From: Candidatus Omnitrophota bacterium
GTDB lineage: Bacteria; Omnitrophota; Gorgyraeia; Gygaellales; JAQTUX01
DNA: 64,000 nt
Assembly (NCBI GenBank): GCA_028707125.1
Contig: JAQTUX010000001.1
Span: 1,130,438-1,194,437 of the forward strand
Direction: 5' to 3'
A program made the position numbers and the translations under genes. The notes beneath the pieces are model-generated. The model saw nothing but the letters and a program-made list of their open reading frames with translations. It did no database searches and was not told where the DNA came from. This document shows, one piece after another, positions 1-7,034 of the stretch. The stretch's first letter is position 1; the number at the start of each line of letters is the position of its first letter.

Positions 1-836
1 GGGATCTTTAAAGCCGCGCATCCCAGTATGATGCCGGCGATCCCCCCTATTTCAAATCCCCCTACCTTGGAAAGCACGTCCAGGCCGTCTTCAGGATCTG
101 GCTTATTTAATGCTATCGCCTGCTTTATGACTTCTATCTTGCGCCTGTGTATCGTATCATTGACGCCGGTGCCCCTGCCTGTCACGGATTCAACAGAAGA
201 CCGCGTGATCACAGAGACGATCGCGCTGCTTGAGGTAGTATTACCTATACCCATATCGCCCACTGCCACGATATCAACGCCGCCGCGCGACTCCGACTCA
301 ACCAGTTCAACCCCATAATCCAGGCATTTCTTTACCTCATCTATACCCATTGCCGGCCCCTTTGCCATATTCTTTGTGCCGTAATTTATCTTTTTATCTA
401 CAAAGTTTTGCGCTTTGCGCTTTGCGCTTTTCATGGTTCGACATTGCTCACCATTCACCCTGAGCGCAGTCGAAGGGTTCACTTTCTCTGCCACTCCCAT
501 ATCCACAACCACCACCTCAGCGCCCACGTGCCTGGCCAGGACATTGATGCCCGCGCCGCCGTTAAGGAAATTATAAACCATTTGCGCGGTTACCTCTTTG
601 GGGAAGGCGCTTACCCCTTCTTCCGTCACGCCGTGGTCTGCCGCTAAAACAAAGACGGACTTTTTCTTAATATCAGGCAGCTCCCGGCCCTTTATACCGC
701 AGATCTGCCTGGCAAGTTCCTCAAGCCGGCCTAAACTGCCTTGCGGCTTGGTCAAATTATCCAGCCGCCTCTGCGCCATCTTGATGAATTCCGCGTCAAT
801 ATCCTGTATCTTATTTACTGCCTCCTGAAAATTCAT
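1..836 (-). CDS. cobT: Nicotinate-nucleotide--dimethylbenzimidazole phosphoribosyltransferase (CobT), N-terminal part. The ORF runs off the left window edge with no stop.
   Basis: My translation of the minus strand from the ATG at 836 gives MNFQEAVNKIQDIDAEFIKMAQRRLDNLTKPQGSLGRLEEL...VGDMGIGNTTSSSAIVS. These are CobT family motifs. The ORF overlaps the cobU stop by 4 nt. It is absent from the ORF track because it has no stop within the window. Confidence 0.75.
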   Translation of the reverse strand, partial: MNFQEAVNKIQDIDAEFIKMAQRRLDNLTKPQGSLGRLEELARQICGIKGRELPDIKKKSVFVLAADHGVTEEGVSAFPKEVTAQMVYNFLNGGAGINVLARHVGAEVVVVDMGVAEKVNPSTALRVNGEQCRTMKSAKRKAQNFVDKKINYGTKNMAKGPAMGIDEVKKCLDYGVELVESESRGGVDIVAVGDMGIGNTTSSSAIVSVITRSSVESVTGRGTGVNDTIHRRKIEVIKQAIALNKPDPEDGLDVLSKVGGFEIGGIAGIILGCAALKI

Positions 837-1360
837 TCCTCTCCTTTCAATAATATAGGTATGCCGGACACAACAAAATACGCCTTATCACAACTCCTGG
901 CAAATGCCTGGTTCACCTCACCCGCGATATCCCTGAACCTGCGCGCGATCTCGTTATCGGGAACAATGCCTGAACCAACTTCGTTGGAAATAACTATGGC
1001 ATCTACCTTTGATTTTTTCACGGATTGGATCGCCTCCAAAGAGTATCGGCGTATATCTTTGTCGGCAGCTCCGGAAAAAACAAGGTTAGAGATCCAAAGA
1101 GTAAGGCAGTCAATTATTACGCGGCTTGATACCTTTGACGCCGTTTTTACCGCCCTGGCTAAATCCAGCGGCTCCTCTATGGTCTTCCATGACTTTGGCC
1201 GGGACAATTTATGCCTTCTTACCCTTTCCCGCATCTCCCCGTCTTGCGGCCGGCAGGTGGCTATAAAGCACACCCTGCCCTTCGTTTCTTTGGCAAGCCG
1301 CACCGCGAGATTACTCTTGCCGCTCCTTGCCCCGCCGGTTATGAAAATCAGTTTTGACAT
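833..1360 (-). CDS. cobU: Bifunctional adenosylcobinamide kinase / adenosylcobinamide-phosphate guanylyltransferase
   Basis: Track ORF with P-loop MSKLIFITGGARSGKS and CobU/CobP-like length and sequence. It sits in an operon with cobC and cobT. Confidence 0.8.
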   Translation of the reverse strand: MSKLIFITGGARSGKSNLAVRLAKETKGRVCFIATCRPQDGEMRERVRRHKLSRPKSWKTIEEPLDLARAVKTASKVSSRVIIDCLTLWISNLVFSGAADKDIRRYSLEAIQSVKKSKVDAIVISNEVGSGIVPDNEIARRFRDIAGEVNQAFARSCDKAYFVVSGIPILLKGEE

Positions 1361-1899
1361 ACGCAGATAACGCTGGCTGAATCAATGCTGATATTCCAGA
1401 AATCATCCTCATTCAATCTCAGCGTCTCATATATTATCGCCTTGATCGGGCCGTGATGCGTGACAATGGCGATCGTCTTGTCTGCCGCCCCTGATGCAAC
1501 TTTGTTAAAAAATACCATAACCCGCTTCTTTAAAGCAGAGTAGCTTTCTCCTCCGGGTATCCCTGTATGCAGCGGCCGGTTTAGCCAAAGCGATATTTCA
1601 CGGGGAAACATTTTCTTTATCTGCTCAAATCTTAAACCCTCCCATAGCCCAAAGTCAATCTCCCTTAGATCGGGTTCAATGATTATCTTTTTCCTGCCGG
1701 CTATGAAGCGCGCGGTATCTCTGGCTCGCCTTAAAGGGCTGCTGAATATCGCGTCAAATCTCTCATCCCTGAGAACGCCGGATAAAGACCTTGCCTGCCG
1801 CCTCCCTGTCCTGTTAAGCGGAACATCGCTCTTACCGGCATAGCGCCTGAATTTGTTATAATCCGTCTCCGCGTGCCTTATTAAATATATCCTGCCCAT
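1348..1899 (-). CDS. cobC: Alpha-ribazole phosphatase / histidine phosphatase family (CobC-like)
   Basis: Shows the RHAETD...RHG-type histidine phosphatase signature (LIRHAETDYN...VTHHGPIKA). The likely start is the ATG at 1899 (MGRIY...) rather than the TTG at 1908. It sits in an operon with cobU and cobT. Confidence 0.7.
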   Translation of the reverse strand: MGRIYLIRHAETDYNKFRRYAGKSDVPLNRTGRRQARSLSGVLRDERFDAIFSSPLRRARDTARFIAGRKKIIIEPDLREIDFGLWEGLRFEQIKKMFPREISLWLNRPLHTGIPGGESYSALKKRVMVFFNKVASGAADKTIAIVTHHGPIKAIIYETLRLNEDDFWNISIDSASVICVCQN

Positions 1900-2150
1900 A
1901 CAAAACAAAAACCCCTGACCTGTTCAGTCAAGGGTTGACACCTCTTTTCTTCACCCAAAACCCAATGCCTTACCACGAGGCATTTATACAGGCAGGTCTT
2001 CTGACTTAAAGAGGCATTAACCTACTTGCCGCGCCTTCCCGCTTTCCAAGCAGTGGCTCTTGCGGCGTTCGTTCCTCTTAAACAGCGGCGGGACCGTGTC
2101 GTCTCTTATCGACTTCCCTTTTTATCCGCGCAACGCGGAACCTGTATAGC
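1900..2150 (-). promoter_or_regulatory. Cobalamin (B12) riboswitch with an intrinsic-terminator expression platform upstream of cobC-cobU-cobT
   Basis: Minus-strand RNA reads ...GGTTCCGCGTTGCGCGGATAAAAAGGGAAGTCGATAAGAGACGACACGGTCCCGCCGCTGTTTAAG...AGAGCCACTGCTTGGAAAGCGGGAAGGCG... CGGTCCCGCCGCTGT matches the B12-box consensus CGGTCCCGCCACTGT at 14 of 15 positions. GCCACTG and GGGAAGGC elements are present. The hairpin CCTTGACtgaacagGTCAGGGG followed by TTTTTGTTTTGT lies immediately before the cobC ATG. Confidence 0.7.
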
Positions 2151-2213
2151 TATAAACCAAATTGTAAATATAATATATTACGCGGCTGCGGAGTTGTCAA
2201 TATAAAATTACCC

Positions 2214-3197
2214 TTACATATGCATAAAGCCGTTCTTCCTGCATATCCCGCAAACCGTGGTTATCTCTCCGCTTTTCCCTATGATCTCTTTTCTCGCGCG
2301 GATATACCCGGTATTATTCCATACCTGACGGATGCCGGCGTTGTTGATATTGCCTATATTGTATTGATCGCCATAGACGGCGCAGCAGGGAAAAACATCG
2401 CCGTTCCAATTAATGCTTATCTCCTGCCATGGCTTCCTGCAGGCAGTGATCACCTTTTTCGTCGTGCAGGTATCCTTATTGTAAGCGCTGTATTGAGGGT
2501 TATCCGGTATCCACGCCAGGTCTTTCCTGATCGCCTCATCCTTAGGCCTGAGTATCTCATCCTTCATTGTGACGCGCATCTTGCCGACCCTGAAATTCAC
2601 TCCTATTTCTTCCGCCATCTTTCGCGCCTTCTGGACCTCATGTTCATTATGCTTGAAGACAATGAAATTCCATACCAGATCGACCCTTCCCCCGGACTTC
2701 CTGTTCTCATCCGCTATAAACTTCATGTTCCTCATAACCAGGTCAAAGTCGCCGTCAACCCTGTATTTCCCATATGCCTGGGGCGTGGCCCCATCGCAGG
2801 AGATGATCACTTCATCAATGCCGGACCTGACCAAGTCCGCCAACAATCGGTCATCATTGATATTAAGGTTGGTGCTGGTAATTATCCTCATCCGCTTATT
2901 TCGCAAACGCGCGTATTCCACCATTTTCACAAAATCTTTATTTAAAAGCGGCTCGCCCCAGCTGTAAAAATTCAATACCTCAAGATGCGGCGCCAATTCA
3001 TCAAGAATCTTCTTAAAGGCGGCAAGGCCCATAAATCCCTTTTTCATTGACTTGTCGCCGGATCCGGTGGGGCAAAGCGGGCATTTAAGATTGCAGACGT
3101 TACCCGGCTCAATATTCAATATATGAGGCATATAGGGCAGGCGGCAGATCCTGGTCGCCTTAAAGAACTTCGCCCTTCTTTTATATATCTTGAACAT
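2214..3197 (-). CDS. Radical SAM protein with C-terminal SPASM/twitch-like Cys cluster
   Basis: CNLKCPLC (CxxxCxxC) is near the N-terminus. C-terminal cysteines CCAVYG...CGIC are present. The function is unknown. Confidence 0.7.
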   Translation of the reverse strand: MFKIYKRRAKFFKATRICRLPYMPHILNIEPGNVCNLKCPLCPTGSGDKSMKKGFMGLAAFKKILDELAPHLEVLNFYSWGEPLLNKDFVKMVEYARLRNKRMRIITSTNLNINDDRLLADLVRSGIDEVIISCDGATPQAYGKYRVDGDFDLVMRNMKFIADENRKSGGRVDLVWNFIVFKHNEHEVQKARKMAEEIGVNFRVGKMRVTMKDEILRPKDEAIRKDLAWIPDNPQYSAYNKDTCTTKKVITACRKPWQEISINWNGDVFPCCAVYGDQYNIGNINNAGIRQVWNNTGYIRARKEIIGKSGEITTVCGICRKNGFMHM

Positions 3198-3230
3198 GGA
3201 TATATCCCGGTAATTGAATCATCCTGTATA

Positions 3231-3270
3231 GAATAAAAAATCGGCCCGGCCATTGTTAAGCCGGAGCCAT
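3231..3270 (-). terminator. Rho-independent terminator downstream of the 3537..4298 gene
   Basis: Minus-strand GGCTCCGGcttaacaatgGCCGGGCC hairpin followed by GATTTTTTATTC. Confidence 0.45.
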
Positions 3271-3536
3271 AATCACACATCGCTAATTTCCAATCCGAGC
3301 CTGCGTCCTCCCTGAAATAAACGTTTATGATTAAGACCGTAGTGCCAAGATTATGGTGAACAGTATAATTGGTATTGACTGAGAAACTTTGAGGGCCTGA
3401 ATCATAAAACTTTAATGCCGAGCCCTGCCAGACAGGGATCTCGCCTGATATCTGTAATACCCGTCCGTTATCGCCCTTTCTTAAATTCTGCTATCCATTA
3501 TTATAATAACGACCTCATTAAGAAACAACCTCCTTA

Positions 3537-4298
3537 CTAAATCTTTGCCAAGGCCTTAATCCCTCTCTCTGTTTTGACTCTAAGTTTTGAAGCGCGGGAA
3601 TCGCTGGGCTCTACTAAGACAATTGCGTAAGTAGTACCATCTTTGTGGACTCTTAAAGGAGAGGTCAAAACCCCAGCTGGTTCGCAGGCAATTTTTACTG
3701 CTTCTGTGCCGTCATAAAGACGTAGCCCGATATCAACACTACCCCAAGCTTGAAGTTCATAAATACGAGCGCTGCTCCATCTAGTCTCATTACCGTGCCC
3801 ACCGGTATTGGTAGATATCCAAATTCTTACTCCTGAGCAGTTGAGATTAAGGTCTATGTTCTGCCGTCCGGAATCTTGATGCGTTTGGACATCGCCATCA
3901 TCATCATTTCTGCAATCGCTAAAGGAAGTGTATGGACCGGTAAAATCCTTCCATTCAGAACCGTCAAGATACTGAACCTTTGCATAAGTATCTATTCCCG
4001 GGCTGTTGTCGGCGTATGAATAAGCGTCTAAACCCCATCTAAAAGATAAGCGGGATATCCTGTAATCCTTATTGAAGATATGAGTGGAGCTGGTTTCGTA
4101 ATATCCTCCCCCGCCATAGTTTCCTGCCTGAGGAGTGTCAAAATCACCATCTATCGAGATAGGTCCTGCGCCTACATTTGTCCCTACATATGTATGTGTT
4201 GTGGCGGGTAATGTGACTATATCGGTATCGGCCTGTACATATCCCGCTAATACTATTGATCCGAACAAAACAAATAGAAAAGAGATAATCTTCTTCAT
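3537..4298 (-). CDS. Secreted hypothetical protein, possibly with a discoidin/F5-8 type C-like domain
   Basis: Signal peptide MKKIISFLFVLFGSIVLAGYVQA. The start is taken at the internal Met to avoid overlap with the upstream gene. The C-terminal region has RISRLSFRW...ARIYELQAWG, reminiscent of galactose-binding-like domains. Weak. Confidence 0.5.
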   Translation of the reverse strand: MKKIISFLFVLFGSIVLAGYVQADTDIVTLPATTHTYVGTNVGAGPISIDGDFDTPQAGNYGGGGYYETSSTHIFNKDYRISRLSFRWGLDAYSYADNSPGIDTYAKVQYLDGSEWKDFTGPYTSFSDCRNDDDGDVQTHQDSGRQNIDLNLNCSGVRIWISTNTGGHGNETRWSSARIYELQAWGSVDIGLRLYDGTEAVKIACEPAGVLTSPLRVHKDGTTYAIVLVEPSDSRASKLRVKTERGIKALAKI

Positions 4299-4792
4299 TG
4301 ATCTGTCCTTAGCCAAACCTGGCCTGTCTCAGGTGATGCAGGGTCAGATGTCCTCGTCTCAATAATAAGGCCGCCCGTTGCTTTTATTTTACCTTCGGCC
4401 TCATCAGCTTTTCCCGCCCTCACGGCATAACCGGCAGCGGTGAGCTTCTGTCTGGGTGTCATCTCCGCGTCCGGGGGTATCTGAATGCCAAGCCAATAGG
4501 GCTGGTCGAATTTGACGCTCTCATCCGGGAATGAGCCTAAGATAGTTGAGAAGATGCCGCCGCTTGATACAGGGACGCTCTTTGTGTCGCTCCAGATGGC
4601 GCTGCCCCCTGACTCCTGTGTGTAGAGCCGAAAGGTGATGCTCACTGTTCCTTCCGACAAGGGTTTGCCATCTTTGTCAGTCAGCCGGCCCTGATAGGAG
4701 ATCTCACGAGGGATACCGGCAAAAGAGCTAAAAACGAAAAGTGAGAAATGTAAAATGCAGAGAAAAATGATTGTTTTGAATAGTGGTTTCAT
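4295..4792 (-). CDS. Secreted protein with tail-fibre-like N-terminal domain (paralog A)
   Basis: Signal peptide, then ISYQGRLTDKDGKPLSEGTVSITFRLYTQESGGSAIWSDT. This motif is typical of the N-terminal repeats of 'tail fiber domain-containing' proteins. The first ~125 aa are near-identical to ORF 5647..6438. Confidence 0.6.
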   Translation of the reverse strand: MKPLFKTIIFLCILHFSLFVFSSFAGIPREISYQGRLTDKDGKPLSEGTVSITFRLYTQESGGSAIWSDTKSVPVSSGGIFSTILGSFPDESVKFDQPYWLGIQIPPDAEMTPRQKLTAAGYAVRAGKADEAEGKIKATGGLIIETRTSDPASPETGQVWLRTDQ

Positions 4793-4849
4793 GGTAGGAT
4801 TACCCCCCTCAATAATTATTATGTCAATATTTATTCTACAAGATGTTAT

Positions 4850-4870
4850 GCAGAAACGACGCTGATTTAC
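4850..4870 (-). promoter_or_regulatory. Conserved upstream motif, copy 1 (GCAGAAACGACGCTGATTTAC)
   Basis: 58 nt upstream of the 4295..4792 start. Also shares the AATAATTATTAT block with copy 2. Confidence 0.35.
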
Positions 4871-4878
4871 GTACGGAT

Positions 4879-5634
4879 TTACGCTCTGTGCGCGCTGGAT
4901 TTACGCTGGATCTCGGACGTCTTAGCAGCTTTAACTATCAAATGTTCGCCAAACAACAGCTCCTTTGACAATAAAATCCGGTTAATCCTTGCAAAATTCA
5001 CACCACCCTTTTTATTTGCGCGCATTTCCTTGACCTTAAGTTGAAATTTAATAAGAGGAACAAGAAATGCCAATCCCCGACCTTCATACTTGCTGGTATG
5101 GATGCTCTCTATTCTTAAATCATTGTAACGAAGCAAATATTCCAACTCATGGTATCGCCACGGTATTAAATGTAAATTCCAAATAATTTCTTTTGGATTC
5201 TGCGAATGCTCAAGCGGTATCTCTCTAAAATATTCCCAACAGCCCTCTATAAGAAACCGCATCCTGGATTTCAAGTTCAAGATGTTAGGCGTAGATAAAA
5301 CCAGCTTCCCTCCGGGCTTTAAAATCCGATTCAGCTCTTTAACTACGTCATAAGGATTTTTTAAATGCTCGATTACTTCGGCAAGGACAATAAAATCGAA
5401 ACTATTATCATCGAAAGGCAGCCTTTCGGCAACATTGCATTTCTGAAATTTTATTTGGTCCGCATATTTAAACCGGGCAACATCCATATCAGCGGCTAAA
5501 ACACTAAAACCCATTTTCTGCAAATTATATGCATAGTCCCCATCGCCGCATCCAATATCAAGAACCTTGCCGCGCTTTTCTTTTCCAAAAACAGACAGAA
5601 AGCTTTCCAGTAAACCGTTTATTTTTTTCCCCAT
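4879..5634 (-). CDS. Class I SAM-dependent methyltransferase
   Basis: Motif I VLDIGCGDGDY and post-I LKPGGKLVLSTPN. Confidence 0.75.
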   Translation of the reverse strand: MGKKINGLLESFLSVFGKEKRGKVLDIGCGDGDYAYNLQKMGFSVLAADMDVARFKYADQIKFQKCNVAERLPFDDNSFDFIVLAEVIEHLKNPYDVVKELNRILKPGGKLVLSTPNILNLKSRMRFLIEGCWEYFREIPLEHSQNPKEIIWNLHLIPWRYHELEYLLRYNDLRIESIHTSKYEGRGLAFLVPLIKFQLKVKEMRANKKGGVNFARINRILLSKELLFGEHLIVKAAKTSEIQRKSSAHRA

Positions 5635-5646
5635 TTTTTGCCGATT

Positions 5647-6438
5647 TTAGTTTCCTATTGGTATCCAATAAACAACATCTGCCTCTATCACCTTCCAGTA
5701 ATCATTTTTCCTTACTGGAAACATGATGCTCGCTTCGAATTTATGGTCTCCCTCCGGCGACGTAGTATTACCGACTATCATCCGCTGCGTTGTGGGGGGA
5801 TTGCCGCTGTCGGTATAACCTCTTAATTCATTTCTGTTGTCCTGATTTGTCCTTTGGGCTAATACAAAACCATCGGTTAAGGCCTGATAAACTGTGTCGG
5901 AACTTTTAGATGCCCAACTTCCGAAAAGTTGTTTTACCCGTAAATTCCCGCTACCGACTTCTATTGTATTATTGTCAACCTTATCAGATAGGTATAAGGC
6001 CCCTGCTGTATCATTGCTATCACTTCTAATTATAGCCCGCTCTGCCATATTAGCGCTCTCCGCCCTCACCGCGTACCCTGCCGCGGTGAGCTTCTGTCTG
6101 GGTGTCATCTCCGCGTCAGGAGGTATCTGGATACCGAGCCAGTAGGGTTGGTCAAACTTTACGCTCTCCTCCGGAAACGGGCCCAAGGTGGTTGAGAAGA
6201 TGCCGCCGTTTGATACAGGGACGCTCTTTGTGTCACTCCAGATGGCGCTGCCTCCTCCCTCTGTGGTGTAGAGCCGGAAGGTTATGGTGACTATACCTTC
6301 TGCCAGCGGCTTACCGTCCTTGTCTGTGAGCCGGCCCTGATAGGAGATCTCACGGGGGATACCGGCAAAGGAACTAAAGGTAAAAAGCGAAAGGTGAAAA
6401 ATGCAGATAAAAAATAATATCCTGGTTGATGATTTCAT
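5647..6438 (-). CDS. Secreted protein with tail-fibre-like N-terminal domain (paralog B, longer C-terminus)
   Basis: Signal peptide plus ISYQGRLTDKDGKPLAEGIVTITFRLYTTEGGGSAIWSDT. Paralog of 4295..4792 with a divergent C-terminal 140 aa. Confidence 0.6.
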   Translation of the reverse strand: MKSSTRILFFICIFHLSLFTFSSFAGIPREISYQGRLTDKDGKPLAEGIVTITFRLYTTEGGGSAIWSDTKSVPVSNGGIFSTTLGPFPEESVKFDQPYWLGIQIPPDAEMTPRQKLTAAGYAVRAESANMAERAIIRSDSNDTAGALYLSDKVDNNTIEVGSGNLRVKQLFGSWASKSSDTVYQALTDGFVLAQRTNQDNRNELRGYTDSGNPPTTQRMIVGNTTSPEGDHKFEASIMFPVRKNDYWKVIEADVVYWIPIGN

Positions 6439-6599
6439 TTGGCCCCCCCCTATTTATAATTACGTCTGACGTTGTTGTCAAGGATAATTTCATCGTATCT
6501 CTATGTTTATCAAGGAGTAAGCGAGTTATGATACTAATTTATTTAACAGATAAGGTTATCAATAATTATTATATAAATTTTTATTTTTCAATGAGTTAA

Positions 6600-6620
6600 G
6601 CAGAAACGACACTATTTTCG
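6600..6620 (-). promoter_or_regulatory. Conserved upstream motif, copy 2 (GCAGAAACGACACTATTTTCG)
   Basis: ~160 nt upstream of the 5647..6438 start. 20/21 identical to copy 3. Confidence 0.35.
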
Positions 6621-6623
6621 TTT

Positions 6624-7028
6624 TTACTTTGTGTACCAACTACCACAAAAGATATCTTCAACTATACCATCTTTAAAAGTAACCGTACAATTTGGAGCTA
6701 AAGTTTGCAATAAAGCCCCCTTGTAATACCAAAAATCGTAGTCTTTCCTGTTCCCATCTTCTCTAATCTGATCTTTGGAATAATAGTATATGTCGTTAGG
6801 AGCACCCCAAGATGCTCTCACATCAACTTTTGTCATACCCCTTATAACTCTTCCTTCAATAATGGCCTTTTTCGTTTCGGGAGATAATGCTGGCTGACTC
6901 TGTATATACTCTTTCTTTAAAGCTATGCTGGGTTTCCCCATAGGTCCCGCCGCAGAACAACCTTCAATTACTATCATGGCTAATGATATAACGGCAATAA
7001 AGACGGTACTGGTTTTATCCTCTGCCAT
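6624..7028 (-). CDS. Small lipoprotein, putative immunity protein for the upstream RHS toxin
   Basis: Signal peptide with lipobox-like ...IEGCSA. It lies immediately 3' of the RHS gene (6-nt gap), which is the canonical immunity position. Confidence 0.45.
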   Translation of the reverse strand: MAEDKTSTVFIAVISLAMIVIEGCSAAGPMGKPSIALKKEYIQSQPALSPETKKAIIEGRVIRGMTKVDVRASWGAPNDIYYYSKDQIREDGNRKDYDFWYYKGALLQTLAPNCTVTFKDGIVEDIFCGSWYTK

Positions 7029-7034
7029 AAGATT

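Noticed and set aside
408-428. Trinucleotide-phase 7-mer tandem repeat (tgcgctt x3) inside cobT
   Set aside because: It is short, in frame (adding a KRKAQ-like stretch) and too small to call a functional repeat locus. Possibly a slippage-prone site, but there is no further evidence.
741-1370. 209-aa plus-strand ORF across cobT/cobU
   Set aside because: It is antisense to the well-supported cobU (P-loop GGARSGKS) and to the cobT N-terminus. Shadow ORF.
3360-3445. 27-codon hydrophobic mini-ORF (MIQALKVSQSIPIILFTIILALRS) upstream of the radical-SAM gene
   Set aside because: It has no ribosome-binding site and no Cys/Ser/Thr-rich core expected of a SPASM-maturase substrate. It is kept only as a note in the findings.
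3503-3520. Perfect Shine-Dalgarno AAGGAGG followed 10 nt later by ATG on the minus strand
   Set aside because: The ORF encodes only MRSLL before a stop. It is more likely the 3' UTR of gene 3537..4298 or a chance site, and it is not a credible rSAM precursor.
4874-4908. GGATTTACGCT direct repeats near motif copy 1
   Set aside because: They fall within the 3' end of the methyltransferase coding sequence, so they are most likely coding coincidence.
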